From Candidatus Eiseniibacteriota bacterium (GTDB lineage: Bacteria; Eisenbacteria; RBG-16-71-46; CAZAMP01): DNA of 64,000 bases. Made by a program: the position numbers and the translations under genes. Where the stretch lies: NCBI GenBank assembly GCA_965224245.1, contig OZ245046.1, positions 3,808,001 through 3,872,000 of the forward strand, in the 5' to 3' direction. The notes below the pieces were generated by a model that had not been told where the DNA came from, did not search any database, and was given only the letters and a program-made list of their open reading frames with translations. The first letter of the stretch is position 1. Each line of letters opens with the position of its first letter. Positions 49,035 to 59,979 of the stretch are shown in pieces.

Positions 49035-52000
49035 ATGCTCCGCATGGTCGCCGGCCCCGTGCTCGAGGTCCCACCGATGGCCACCGCTTCACGCCCCGAG
49101 CTCCGCATCGGCCTGCCGGCCCGATCCCGCGACGATCGGCTGGCGGGTGACATCCTCGGTGCCCTGGACGCCGATCCGACCCGGCGGGTCCTCGTCCTGA
49201 CCCCCACCGATCTCGCCCGCGAGCGCGTCGTCTCCGCCCTGCTCGCCCGTCGCCCCGACGGCGCGTGGCTCCCCGAGATCCAGCCCCTCGACGCGTTCGT
49301 GGCCCGGGCGCTCGGCCGCCACGTGGACGTGTTGCCGATCGGCGACGCCGCGCGGCTTGCGCTTCTGACCGAGCTGGTCCAGGCGCGCGTGGCCGAAGGC
49401 GAGCTCCCGCGCCTCGCGGGGGGACGCGACCTGCCGGGCCTGATCGGGGCGATCGATCACTTCTTCCAGGCCCTGGGGCGACAGCAGATCTGGGACGCCG
49501 ACCATCTCCGCGCGGTCGTCAGGGGATACCGGTCCGGCCGCGGACGCCGCATCGACGAGGACATCGCGTCGCTCTACGCCGCGTTTCGCCGGCACGTCCC
49601 GCCCCACGCCGGCGAGCTCGACGGCAACGGCACACCGGGCGGGACACGGCTCGCCACACGCGTCGAGCGCCAGCGGGCCGCGATCGCGCACCCCGAGGTT
49701 CTCGTCGAGGCTCTGGCCCGAACCTCGCTCGTGGTGGCGCTGGGCTTCGCCGAGCTGGGCCCTCTGGAGGCAGCACTGTTCGCGCGGATCGCATCGGCCG
49801 CGCCGGCGTTCGTCATGGCCGTCGATGCGGTCGAGCCGGCGCTCGCCGCGCCGGAGCCCGAGGACATCCCGGCGCTCACGGGCACCGCCGAGCTGATCGG
49901 TCGGCTCGGCGCCCGCGCCGTGGTCGAGCCGGTGGTGACCGACCCGCTGGCCCGGACCGCCCTCTCGCTGGTCGGAGAGACCCACGGGACCTCGATTGCG
50001 GGGTCGGGCTCCGAGGCGCCGGCGACGTCCGATCGGCCGGTGACCGCCCGGGTCGCCGTCGATCCGGCGGACGAGGTCACCGCCATCGCCGAGTCCCTGG
50101 CCCATGCGCTCGCCGAACGCCGTCCGTCGGATCTGGCCGTGGCGTTTCCGGACCCCGATCGGTATCTCCCTCTCGTGCGCGAGATCTTCCCCCGCTTCGG
50201 CGTGCCTTTTCATGCGTCGCGGGGCATCCCGCTTCTCAGCGTCCCACCGGTCGCGTTGACGCTCGCCGTGATCGACGCGGTGGCCAACGGGTATCGCCGA
50301 TCCGACATGGAGACGCTCCTGAAGTCGCCCTACGTCCGGGTGGATGGACTCGACGGCCTCGGTCCCGAGCGCATCGACACCTGGGCCCGCCGCGCCCGCG
50401 TTCGCGGGGGCGGCGGTCACCTGGAAGCCGAGTGGATCGAGCCGCTCGTCCGTGTGCGCGATCGCCTCCGGCGTCGCCAGGACGACGCGGCCGGAGCCGA
50501 TCCCGACGCAGACGCCGCGTCGGAGTCCGCCGAGCGGGATCGGGTCGAGCTGGACACGATCATCGGGGCCACGTCCGCGCTGTTCGATGCGCTCGGCGAC
50601 CTGGAGCGATGCCGGGATCGCGCCGTTCGCCTCGACGAGCTGGTGGCCGCGCTCGACGTCACCCTGGACCGCCTCGGGATCCGCGCCCGCCTTCGCGGAG
50701 ACGAGCACTTCGTGAACGCGGGCGTGGGCGCGCGAGATCCCGAGCTCTCGGTCGTGGTCCGGCGCGACGCGGCCGCGGAGGAGGCGTTCTTCGCGCGACT
50801 CGACGAGATCGGTCTCGTGCTCGACGCGTTGCCCCGCCGGAGCGCAAGCGCGCTGACGCTGGCCGAATGGCACGCGCGCCTCCGCACGCTCCTGGGCACC
50901 GAGACGATCACACCGATCGAAGAGGAGCGACACGGCGTGCCGGTGGTCGGCCTGGTCGAGCTGCGGCACGTGCCGGCCTCGGTGGTGTTCATCGGCGGGC
51001 TGACCGAGTCCAGACTCCCGCGCGCGCGGCGGCGCGACGTCTTCTATCCCCCGCTGCGAGATCCGGAGCGAGACTTCCTCCACGTGCCCGACACCGTCGC
51101 GGAGGACTCCGCGGCGCTCTTCGGCGAGCTGGTGCGACGCGACGCGATCCACCTGTCGTGGCCCGCACGGGATCGGGACACCGATCAGATTCCGTCGGTT
51201 CTCCTCGAACGGCTGGCGTCGGTGCACCCGCCGGGCCCTCCGCCCGCGAGGCGGCCCGGGGCGATCGCCGGCGAGGCGGCCGCGTTTCGCGCGGCGCTCG
51301 CCGAGCCGGAAGGGCTCGCCGAACACCTCGTCCCCCTCGACCAGACCACGTCGCCTGAGCGACGGGTCGACCTCCTCGCCGGTGTGCTGGCGGCGACCAC
51401 CCGACGGGCCGAGATGCCGTCCGAGACGACGGGATACGTGGGCGGCGGAGACTTCCTTGCGACGCGCGGCGCCCGGTACCGACCGGGGGGCCGCCACGTG
51501 TACTCGGCCACCGAGCTCGAGCGCTTCGCGCAGTGCGGCTTCGCCTACTTCGCCGAGCGCGTGCTGCGTCTGGGAGAGCTCGACGACGTCGAGGACGACA
51601 TGTCACCGCTGACGCGCGGGCGGCTCCTGCACGAGATCCTGTACCGCTTCCATCGCGCCCGGCTCGAGACCGGCGTCGACCCGATCATGGACGCCGCGCA
51701 TCGCGACGAGCTCATGGCCGACATGCGTCGCGTGGCCGCGCGCGTGCTCACCGAGCTTCCGTCGGGCGATCTCCTGGCCGATGCCACGCGCGAAACGATC
51801 GTGGCCGGTCTCGACCCGGCGGCGCCACCACCCCTGCGCGCGGGCGTGCTGGCCACGTTCATCGATGCCGAGATCGCCCGTGTCTCCGAGGGATGGCGGC
51901 CCGAGGCGCTCGAGTGGGCCTTCGGCTTCGCGGGCGGTCCCCCGGCGCTCGCGCTGGACACGCCGGCGGGCGTGGTGCGTGTGCGCGGGAAGCTCGACCG

Positions 52001-52469
52001 CGTGGATCGACACGACGACAGCTCGCGTCTCGTGATCGACTACAAGGGCGGGAGCGTACCCAGCGGACGCGACACCGAACGCGGGGTGCGGTTCCAGCTT
52101 CCGCTGTACGCGCTCGCGTATGCATCGGCCACGGCCGATCCGCGGGCACGCTGGGAGGGCGCCTACTACTCGCTCCGACCGCGCGACGGCTTCCGTCCCG
52201 CGGGCTTCGCGTTCGGCGGGAAGCAGTTCGTCTCCAGCGTGGAGCTGCCGCGCCGGATCCAGCCGATCGCCGAGCGCGCGGGACGGATCGCCGAGGCCGC
52301 CGGCGCGGGAGCGTTCCCGGTGACGACGTTGTCCGTGCGCCGGGCGCCGTGTCGGTTCTGCGCGTACGGCGCCGTTTGCCGCGTGGACATCGAGCGCGGG
52401 CGCATCCGCGCAGCCGCCTGGCGCGCCTCCTCAGTGCCGGCCTACCTGCCCGACACGGAGCCGACATGA
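49035..52469 (+). CDS. addB: AddB/RexB-like subunit with C-terminal PD-(D/E)XK nuclease
   Basis: SATELERFAQC, RGKLDRVD, IDYKGG, QLPLY, CRFCAYGAVCR (4-Cys Fe-S staple); start uncertain. Confidence 0.82.
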   Translation: MLRMVAGPVLEVPPMATASRPELRIGLPARSRDDRLAGDILGALDADPTRRVLVLTPTDLARERVVSALLARRPDGAWLPEIQPLDAFVARALGRHVDVLPIGDAARLALLTELVQARVAEGELPRLAGGRDLPGLIGAIDHFFQALGRQQIWDADHLRAVVRGYRSGRGRRIDEDIASLYAAFRRHVPPHAGELDGNGTPGGTRLATRVERQRAAIAHPEVLVEALARTSLVVALGFAELGPLEAALFARIASAAPAFVMAVDAVEPALAAPEPEDIPALTGTAELIGRLGARAVVEPVVTDPLARTALSLVGETHGTSIAGSGSEAPATSDRPVTARVAVDPADEVTAIAESLAHALAERRPSDLAVAFPDPDRYLPLVREIFPRFGVPFHASRGIPLLSVPPVALTLAVIDAVANGYRRSDMETLLKSPYVRVDGLDGLGPERIDTWARRARVRGGGGHLEAEWIEPLVRVRDRLRRRQDDAAGADPDADAASESAERDRVELDTIIGATSALFDALGDLERCRDRAVRLDELVAALDVTLDRLGIRARLRGDEHFVNAGVGARDPELSVVVRRDAAAEEAFFARLDEIGLVLDALPRRSASALTLAEWHARLRTLLGTETITPIEEERHGVPVVGLVELRHVPASVVFIGGLTESRLPRARRRDVFYPPLRDPERDFLHVPDTVAEDSAALFGELVRRDAIHLSWPARDRDTDQIPSVLLERLASVHPPGPPPARRPGAIAGEAAAFRAALAEPEGLAEHLVPLDQTTSPERRVDLLAGVLAATTRRAEMPSETTGYVGGGDFLATRGARYRPGGRHVYSATELERFAQCGFAYFAERVLRLGELDDVEDDMSPLTRGRLLHEILYRFHRARLETGVDPIMDAAHRDELMADMRRVAARVLTELPSGDLLADATRETIVAGLDPAAPPPLRAGVLATFIDAEIARVSEGWRPEALEWAFGFAGGPPALALDTPAGVVRVRGKLDRVDRHDDSSRLVIDYKGGSVPSGRDTERGVRFQLPLYALAYASATADPRARWEGAYYSLRPRDGFRPAGFAFGGKQFVSSVELPRRIQPIAERAGRIAEAAGAGAFPVTTLSVRRAPCRFCAYGAVCRVDIERGRIRAAAWRASSVPAYLPDTEPT

Positions 52470-55400
52470 GCGAGCGGACGGGAAGCCCCCGCTTCACGCC
52501 GGCCCAGGAGGCCGCGCTGGATCTGACGCGCGACGTGGCCGTGGTGGCCGGCGCGGGATCGGGCAAGACGCGCGTTCTGACCGAGCGGTATCTGCGCGCG
52601 CTGGATCGGGTGCGCCACGAGCGGGCTCCGCTCCCGCGCGTGGTCGCCCTGACCTTCACCGAGAAGGCCACCACCGAGATGCGCGAGCGCGTCCGCGCCG
52701 GTGTGCGATCCCGACTGCCGAACGCGCGGCGTGCGGGCGACGTCGAGCGCGTGGCGTTCTGGCGACGTATCGAGTCCGAGCTCCACACGGCGCGCATCCT
52801 GACCATCGACGCCTTCTGGGCGTCTCTCGTCCGGATGTTCCCGCTGGAGGCCGGGCTGGACCCGGACGTCGAGATCCTGGACGCGCCCACCGCGCAGCTC
52901 CTGGTGGCCGAGTCGATCCAGGCGGCGCTCGGCGACGTCGCCACGCGCGACCCCGGGGACGACGGCGAGGCCGCCGCGCTGGCGCGCCTCCTCGGCAGCT
53001 ATCGCCCCGTCGAGCTGCGCAACATGCTGGCCCGGCTCGGAAACGCGCGCGACCGGGCGCATCGATGGCGGCGCGCGCTCGCAATGACGACGGAGGCCGA
53101 CCGGATCGCGTCGGTCCGGCAGGACCACGAGGCACGGACCGCCGCGTCGATGGCCGCGATCCGGCGCGACGTCGACACCGACCTGCTGGTGTCGATCGCG
53201 CGGGGCGCCGATCTGAAGACCGTCGATCTCCTGGCCGATCACGTGCGCGCCGCCGCCCCCCTCGCCCAGGCGCTCCTCGCCGACGAGCCGCCACACCCGT
53301 CGGATCTCACCGCGGCCATCGACTCGCTGACGCGGCGCCACCGGGACGGGCCGCGTCGTTTCACCCGTGTGGGCCGAAAGGACGCGTGGCCGGGTGGCAT
53401 CGGTCCCTGGCGCGACGCGCTCGGACGGCTCGCGCCGGCGCTTCACGCGCATCTCGCGTGGTTCGAGCCCTTCGACGAGGAACGCGAACGGCTCACCGCC
53501 GCGCTCACGACCGATCTCGCGACGCTGAGCGCGGCGTGCGAGGACCGGCTGGTCGCGGCGACCGGCCACGGCCGCCGCACCGACTTCTCGGGTCTCTCGA
53601 TCGCGGCCGATCGCATCCTGGGGAACGCCGGCTGCCGGCGCCGGCTGCGTGCCGAGATCGACTACCTCCTCGTGGACGAGTTCCAGGATACGAACCCGCA
53701 GCAGTGGGCGCTGATCCGCGCACTCGTCGAGCACGAACGGGACGGTGAGCACGCCGGCGTGGCCGACCCGGCCACGTCGCCCACCGCGCACGAGGAGCCG
53801 CCCGGCGAGGACACCGTCCCGGTGAACGTGTTCATCGTCGGCGACGCCAAGCAGGCCATCTACGAGTTCCGGGGCGGGCGCGTGGAGGTGTTCCGCGAGG
53901 CCGAGGCGTGGATCCGCTCCCGGGGCGGCGCGGTCGTCGAGATGAGCACGAACTTCCGGAGCGCGACGGCACCGCTGTCGGTCGTCAACCACCTCTTCGA
54001 TCGGATCTTCGGCGGTGACGCGGGAGAACGCGCACCCTACGACGCCTCGCCACAGATACTCGAGCACGGGCGTCCCGACGGCTCGAGCGGATCGGTTCGT
54101 CTGCTCGTGAGCGACCCCGGCGACGGGTGGGCGACGGAGGCCGATCGGATCGCGCGCACACTGATCGACGCGCTCGAGGGGGGCCTCCCCATCCTCGATC
54201 CCGCCACCGGTGAGGCGCGGCCGGCCGCCTGGGAGGACGTCGCCGTCATCGTCCCGTATCGGCGCGACTTCGTGTACCTCGAGGATGCCTTCGCGCGGCG
54301 CGGCGTCCCTTACCACGTGCTGGGCGGTATGGGGTTCTTCCAGACGAACGAGGTCGGTGACGTGATCGCGCTCCTCGAGACGCTGACGGACCCGCGCCAG
54401 GACATCGCGCTCGTGGCCTTTCTGCGGTCGCCGTTCGCGAACGTCTCGGACGAGGTCCTGTGGCGTCTCGCCGAGCGGCCGGAGTCGGGCTTTCGCGCGA
54501 AGCTGGAGGCGGCCGTGCAGCTGGACGGGGCCGATCGACACGTGCGCGGGGCGACCGGCGACCGCATTCCGCCCGAGTCCGATGCCCTCGACGGCGCCAC
54601 GCGGCGCACGCTGGCACGGCTCTGGAGCCGGCTGTACCGCTGGCGTCGGCTTCTCGGGCGCGTGCCCACGAGCACCATCCTGTCGCGCGCGCTCGACGAG
54701 AGCGCGTACTCGGCGGTGAACGCCATCGTGCCCGGGGGCGGCCGCGCGGCCGCGAACCTCCGCAAGCTCCTCGACCTGGTACGCGAGTTCGAGTCGCATC
54801 ACGGCATCCGCCCCGCGCGCGTCGCGGCCTGGCTCCGGCAGCAGGCCGAGAACGTCTTCGACGAAGGCGAGGCCACCGACACCGGCGCCGGTGAGGGCGC
54901 GACCCTGATGACGATCCATCGCTCGAAGGGCACCGAGCATCCGGTGCTCGTGGTCGCCGGTCTCGGCGAGCGCACGACCGCGCCCGATCCGGTTCCGCTG
55001 GTGGTCTCGGACGACGTGGATCGGGTGACGGTGGCGCTGAAGGTCCCGTGCGCCCCCGACGAGGACGGACGGCCGCGCGACGAGCTGACCCCGAGCGCGC
55101 GGTACCGGCTCTGGAAGCTCGTGGACCGCCGGCGGCGAGAGGCCGAGTCGAGGCGCGTCCTGTACGTGGCGCTGACGCGTGCGCGCGATCATCTCGTGCT
55201 CTCGGGAGAGCGTCCGAAGTCCCTCTCCGAGTCGACCGCGCTCGGCCGGCTCGCCGCCGCCGACGAGGCGCTGGCCGGCGCGATCGCGGCGGGCGGCGAG
55301 ACGGACGTGACGATCGGGGTCACGCCGGTGCGGGTCGGCGCCGCCGGCCCCGCGGCCGAGCCGGCGGATGCCGTACCGGTGCGGGTGGCCGCGCTCCGAC

Positions 55401-56404
55401 ACGCGCTGCGAGAGGCCATCGGGCGACCGCCGGCCGCGCCGGCGAACACGCACGCGACCGAACCGACCGGACGCGCCGCCGGGGATGCATCCACGCGGCG
55501 TGTGACGATGTCGCCTCCGACGCTGACCGTCACCGCGCTGGCCGCGATCGCGGTTCATCCGACCCCACCCCACTCCCCGATCGTCGAGTCGTCCGCCCCG
55601 ACACCGGCCGCGACGCCGAGCGCGAGCGCGACCCGCGACGATCCGGGGTCGGCTCAGCTCACGTTCGACTTCGACGCACCGGCGCCCGCCGCGGCGCCGC
55701 CGGAAGCCGCGCGGGCGAGCGAACCCGCTGCCCCACGCGGCGTGCGATCGACCGACCGGCAGCGTGCGCGGGAGCGGGGCGAGAGCGTTCACGACGTGCT
55801 CGCGCGGGCCCGATCGATCGAGGATCTCGATCCCGGCGTCGACGCGCGCGTCCGGAGGCACGCCGAGACGTTCCTGCGATCTCGATGGGGCCGGGAGTCC
55901 GCGGAGACCGCCCGCACCGAGGTGGCGTTCGCGCTGCCGGTCGGGCGGGCACGGCTCGAGGGCATGATCGATCGGCTCTACCGCGACCCCGGCGGTGTCT
56001 GGACCGTCGTCGACTACAAGACGACTCGACTCGGCGACGACGCCCCGGCGGACGTCGTGCGCTCGGAGGGCCACGACGTGCAGGTGGCGCTCTACGCGCT
56101 GGCGTCCGCGGCGCTCCTTTGCCTCTCGCCCGAGAGCCGGATGAGAGCGGTCGTCTTCTTCACCGATCCCGACGCGCCGCTGGACGACGCAGCGCGAGCG
56201 GTCGTGTCGGAGGTGACGGTCGCGGACCTGCCCGGTCCATCCGGGCTGGGCGCGTGGCTCGGCGCGGGAACGTGGCCGCCGTTCGATCCGGCCGCGAGCG
56301 CGCGGCGCTCATCTTCTTTTGTGGAAGCCACTTCGACGGCCACCTACCGCGACGGGGTCACGGCCGCGCTCGAACGCCTTCGGCGGTCTCTCGAACCGGC
56401 GTAG
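52466..56404 (+). CDS. addA: AddA/RexA-like UvrD helicase-nuclease
   Basis: AGAGSGKT, LTFTEKA, VDEFQDTN, VGDAKQAIYEFRG, YVALTRARD, GMIDRL...VDYKT. Confidence 0.88.
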   Translation: MSERTGSPRFTPAQEAALDLTRDVAVVAGAGSGKTRVLTERYLRALDRVRHERAPLPRVVALTFTEKATTEMRERVRAGVRSRLPNARRAGDVERVAFWRRIESELHTARILTIDAFWASLVRMFPLEAGLDPDVEILDAPTAQLLVAESIQAALGDVATRDPGDDGEAAALARLLGSYRPVELRNMLARLGNARDRAHRWRRALAMTTEADRIASVRQDHEARTAASMAAIRRDVDTDLLVSIARGADLKTVDLLADHVRAAAPLAQALLADEPPHPSDLTAAIDSLTRRHRDGPRRFTRVGRKDAWPGGIGPWRDALGRLAPALHAHLAWFEPFDEERERLTAALTTDLATLSAACEDRLVAATGHGRRTDFSGLSIAADRILGNAGCRRRLRAEIDYLLVDEFQDTNPQQWALIRALVEHERDGEHAGVADPATSPTAHEEPPGEDTVPVNVFIVGDAKQAIYEFRGGRVEVFREAEAWIRSRGGAVVEMSTNFRSATAPLSVVNHLFDRIFGGDAGERAPYDASPQILEHGRPDGSSGSVRLLVSDPGDGWATEADRIARTLIDALEGGLPILDPATGEARPAAWEDVAVIVPYRRDFVYLEDAFARRGVPYHVLGGMGFFQTNEVGDVIALLETLTDPRQDIALVAFLRSPFANVSDEVLWRLAERPESGFRAKLEAAVQLDGADRHVRGATGDRIPPESDALDGATRRTLARLWSRLYRWRRLLGRVPTSTILSRALDESAYSAVNAIVPGGGRAAANLRKLLDLVREFESHHGIRPARVAAWLRQQAENVFDEGEATDTGAGEGATLMTIHRSKGTEHPVLVVAGLGERTTAPDPVPLVVSDDVDRVTVALKVPCAPDEDGRPRDELTPSARYRLWKLVDRRRREAESRRVLYVALTRARDHLVLSGERPKSLSESTALGRLAAADEALAGAIAAGGETDVTIGVTPVRVGAAGPAAEPADAVPVRVAALRHALREAIGRPPAAPANTHATEPTGRAAGDASTRRVTMSPPTLTVTALAAIAVHPTPPHSPIVESSAPTPAATPSASATRDDPGSAQLTFDFDAPAPAAAPPEAARASEPAAPRGVRSTDRQRARERGESVHDVLARARSIEDLDPGVDARVRRHAETFLRSRWGRESAETARTEVAFALPVGRARLEGMIDRLYRDPGGVWTVVDYKTTRLGDDAPADVVRSEGHDVQVALYALASAALLCLSPESRMRAVVFFTDPDAPLDDAARAVVSEVTVADLPGPSGLGAWLGAGTWPPFDPAASARRSSSFVEATSTATYRDGVTAALERLRRSLEPA

Positions 56405-56507
56405 CCACCGTGCGTCGACCCGGCGGCTCGTGTATACTCGGGAACCGTCATTTGCGCACCGACTCTCGCCCGTCGTCATCACGGCCGATTGCCGCCGGAG
56501 GAATCAC

Positions 56508-57800
56508 TTGCGCTCGTCGACCCTCGCTTTCGTCGCCCTGGTCAGCTCGACGCTCGCGTTCAAGTGCGGCCAGGAGGATCCCGATCTGAGCCTCTTCGAG
56601 GTTCCCGACGGCGTCCTCGAGATCACCGCACGCACTCCGGGCGGAGACGACGTCTCCGGCGCGGTCGTTCGCATCGACGGCGAGATCGACGATCCGACCG
56701 GCGCCGCGTGGGGCGACGCGCCGATCGCGGTCAGCCTCCCACCCGGCCGCTACACGGTGTCGGTGGACCTCGAGGGCTACGTCGCCACGCCGACCCAGCG
56801 AACCGTCGACGTGTTCGGCCGCGCGACCACGGTCGCGAGCTTCACGCTGGAGCCCGGCGAGGCGGTGCCCGCGCTCGTCGACGTCGTCGCCGACCTGTCC
56901 ACGCTCCGCGGCGACGGCATCGTCGGCCTGCCGGTGTGGCTCGACGGGGCACAGACGGAGCTCGTCACACCGGCCACCCTGGACGTGACGCCCGGCAACC
57001 ACGTGATCGCGCTCGGCGACTCGCTCGGTCTCTTCCTGACCTCCGAGCCCGAGGTGAGCGTCTCGGCCGTGCGAGGCGAGACGGCGACCGCGACGTTCAC
57101 GTACGAGCCGGGATACCGCCGGGTCACGATCGCCGAGGACTTCACCAACACGAGCTGCGACGGCTGCCCGGAGGCCGAGGACGTCCTCATCGCCGAGGCC
57201 GAGCGTTTCCCGAGCGACGAGGTGGTCACGCTGCACATCCACAACCGGATCCCCGCCACGAGCGATCCTCTGTGGCAAGCCAATCCGCTCGAGCTGAGCC
57301 AGCGCTCGGCGTTCTACGAGCTGCTCGGCAATCCGACGATCATCATCAACGGGACCACGCGCTGGTTCCAGGAGCCCGATCCCGGCGAGGTCGCGGCCGC
57401 GCTCCAGTCCGACGCGGACGGCAGCTCACCGGTGTACCTCGAGATCCGCTACTCGCGCAGCGGATCCACGATCACCGGCGAGACGCGTGTGCGAGCGGTG
57501 AGCGACGTGGCCGGCGATCACCGGCTGCTCGTCCTGTCGCTGCAGGACGAGATCTCGTATCCGACACCACCGGGCACGAACGGACAGACGCACTTCGTAC
57601 GCATCGTCCGCGACTACGTGCCCGACACCAATGGCCAGGCCATCACGATCAGCGCCGGCATGGACGAGACGATCCCGTTCTCGTTCGATCTGATCGACTC
57701 GGGCAACCCGCCCGACGACCCCGACAAGCTGATCTGCGTGGCCTTCATTCAGGAATTTGCGACGAGGTCGATCGTCCAGGCGGCATCGACCATCCCATGA
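56508..57800 (+). CDS. Probable lipoprotein with PEGA-like domains and an Omp28-like thioredoxin domain
   Basis: GGAGGA SD and TTG start; Cys after the hydrophobic leader; EDFTNTSCDGCP; GNPTIIING; VAFIQ. Confidence 0.8.
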   Translation: MRSSTLAFVALVSSTLAFKCGQEDPDLSLFEVPDGVLEITARTPGGDDVSGAVVRIDGEIDDPTGAAWGDAPIAVSLPPGRYTVSVDLEGYVATPTQRTVDVFGRATTVASFTLEPGEAVPALVDVVADLSTLRGDGIVGLPVWLDGAQTELVTPATLDVTPGNHVIALGDSLGLFLTSEPEVSVSAVRGETATATFTYEPGYRRVTIAEDFTNTSCDGCPEAEDVLIAEAERFPSDEVVTLHIHNRIPATSDPLWQANPLELSQRSAFYELLGNPTIIINGTTRWFQEPDPGEVAAALQSDADGSSPVYLEIRYSRSGSTITGETRVRAVSDVAGDHRLLVLSLQDEISYPTPPGTNGQTHFVRIVRDYVPDTNGQAITISAGMDETIPFSFDLIDSGNPPDDPDKLICVAFIQEFATRSIVQAASTIP

Positions 57801-57837
57801 CGCATTCCCCAGCCGCCGACGTGCGGGAGGAGACGTG

Positions 57838-58407
57838 ATGCGAGCGAGTGTCCTGGCGTGCCGCACAGCCGCCACCGTCCTGATGACCGGCTCCCTTCTG
57901 CTGGGCGCCGCCGTCGCCGGCTCCTCGAGGACGGACGCCGAGCAGTCCAAGGCGGTCGCCGACTTCACCCTCAAGGATCTCGACGGCAAGAGCGCGTCGC
58001 TATACGAGAACCTCGACACCGGGCCCGTGCTGATCTCGTTCTGGGCCACGTGGTGCAAGCCCTGTCTCCAGGAGATGCCGCATCTGGACGAGATCGCGGC
58101 GAAGTACGACGAGCACGGCCTGACCACGTTCGCGATCTCGATCGACAAGCCTCGCAACAAGAGCCGCGTGCGCTCCTACATCAAGTCGAAGAAGTACGGC
58201 TTCCGCACGCTGCTGGATCCCAACCAGGATGCGTACCGCGGCCTTCAGGGCCAGTCGGTCCCGTACGTGCTCCTTCTCGACGGGTCCGGTGAGGTCGTCT
58301 ACGTCAAGGTCGGCTATCGGCCCGGCGACGAGAAGAAGCTCGAGGAAGCGATCGCCACGCTTCTGGCGTCCGACCCGTCCGTGGAGACGGGAGGCGACGA
58401 GGGCTGA
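57838..58407 (+). CDS. TlpA-family thiol:disulfide oxidoreductase
   Basis: FWATWCKPC, cis-Pro SVP, export signal. Confidence 0.92.
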   Translation: MRASVLACRTAATVLMTGSLLLGAAVAGSSRTDAEQSKAVADFTLKDLDGKSASLYENLDTGPVLISFWATWCKPCLQEMPHLDEIAAKYDEHGLTTFAISIDKPRNKSRVRSYIKSKKYGFRTLLDPNQDAYRGLQGQSVPYVLLLDGSGEVVYVKVGYRPGDEKKLEEAIATLLASDPSVETGGDEG

Positions 58408-59948
58408 TGCACGCTCGAACAGCCTCGAGAGCGTGTGGCGCGGCGGCCCTCGCGCTCTCGTCTCTCGCTCCGCTCGCGCCCGCGTGGGGACAGGGTCTCA
58501 CGTTGCCGCGCGGTCTCTCGATCGTGAATCACATGGAGTACGCGTGGGAGTCCGACGGCGGTGAGCCCACGCTGGAGAACTGGACCGACGCGCGTTACAC
58601 CGAGGGCGCGTTCAACGCGGGCATCCGGCTCGTCGCGTTCCAGCCGCCCGACCCCACGATCTCCATCGAGGAGAGCAGCTTCTCGCAGAACTTCCGGTTC
58701 GTGGAGGCCGCGAGCGAGAACGGCTCGCTCCGGGCGGGCCACTACTACGCGCTGTTCGGACAGGGCCTCGCGCTGAACGCATACGAGGAGCGGGACGTGC
58801 GCGTGGACACGAATCTGGAGGGCCTGCGCCTCCAGGGTGCCTGGCGCGCCTTCACGCTGGATCTGCTCAGCGGCACCACCGTGAGCGGCACGTCCGAGGA
58901 CGCCGTTCGCGAGCGCCTCGACCGCCTCCACGGTGCCGACGTGGGCTGGGATGGATGGTTCGAGTCGTTCGACGGGCTCTCCGTGAGCGCCGGCGCCTCC
59001 GCGGTTCGACTCCAGAACGACGCGGCGCCGCCCCAGAACCTGCGCAACGTCCGGGCGGCGATCGCCACCGGGCCGATCACGCTGGAGGCCGAGCACGTCG
59101 CGATCGAGAGACCCGGACACGACGGCGACGGTCTCTACGCGTCGGCGTCGCTGGCCCTCGGCCCCATGCAGCTTCTGGGCGAGATCAAGGACTACGATCG
59201 GATCGCGCTGCGCGCGTCCGGCGGCACCACGTACAACCTCCCGCCGGCTCTGGTGCGCGATCAGACGTACACGCTCCTGAACCGGCACCCGCACACGCTG
59301 GACCCGGACGACGAGGTCGGCTTCCAGGTCGAGGGCGTCGTGACCGCCGGCGAGCACCAGCTCACCGGACACTACAGCGAGACGCGCAACCACGACGACG
59401 ACCTGAAGACGAACCACTTCGACGAGGCGTACGGCGAGCTCTTCCTGCATGCGGGCTCGGTGCTGGGCGCCGAGAACGTGGACGTCGTCGTGGCCGGCGA
59501 CTGGCAGAAGTCCTTCGAGGGGCTTCTCCCCGATCCGCGCACCGGCATTCTCAGCGTCCCGGCGTTTCTGGAGCTCTTCACGGACATAGCCGAAATCCGG
59601 GTGGTGGCCGACGACGTCAACAGCTTCCGGCTTCAGTACGAGCATCAGCACGCCGAATCGACCCTGGAGGGCGACTACGACACGTTCTTCGGGCTGCTCG
59701 AGTGGTCTCGCTCTCCCGATCTCTCGATCAACCTGGTCGGCGAGACGTCGAACCGATCGGACGCCCAGCTCGAGGAGGACGAGGCCAAGCACGCGGGCTA
59801 CGGCGTCGTCAGCTACACGGTGTCGCAGAACCACAGCGTCAGCGTGCTGTATGGCCGGCGACTCGAGGGCTTCGTCTGCGTGGGCGGCGTCTGCCGCTTC
59901 GAGCCCGAGTTCGAGGGTGTCGAGGTGCGTCTCTTGAGCCGATTCTAG
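58407..59948 (+). CDS. DUF6029-like outer-membrane beta-barrel protein
   Basis: Signal peptide; GHYYALFGQGL; C-terminal GFVCVGGVCRFEPEFEG...SRF. Confidence 0.8.
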   Translation: MHARTASRACGAAALALSSLAPLAPAWGQGLTLPRGLSIVNHMEYAWESDGGEPTLENWTDARYTEGAFNAGIRLVAFQPPDPTISIEESSFSQNFRFVEAASENGSLRAGHYYALFGQGLALNAYEERDVRVDTNLEGLRLQGAWRAFTLDLLSGTTVSGTSEDAVRERLDRLHGADVGWDGWFESFDGLSVSAGASAVRLQNDAAPPQNLRNVRAAIATGPITLEAEHVAIERPGHDGDGLYASASLALGPMQLLGEIKDYDRIALRASGGTTYNLPPALVRDQTYTLLNRHPHTLDPDDEVGFQVEGVVTAGEHQLTGHYSETRNHDDDLKTNHFDEAYGELFLHAGSVLGAENVDVVVAGDWQKSFEGLLPDPRTGILSVPAFLELFTDIAEIRVVADDVNSFRLQYEHQHAESTLEGDYDTFFGLLEWSRSPDLSINLVGETSNRSDAQLEEDEAKHAGYGVVSYTVSQNHSVSVLYGRRLEGFVCVGGVCRFEPEFEGVEVRLLSRF

Positions 59949-59979
59949 CCGTCGCGAACCCAGGAGTTCGACGAGCCCC

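Noticed and set aside
49035-56404. Novel helicase-nuclease defence system
   Set aside because: Gene order and motifs fit ordinary AddAB recombination repair
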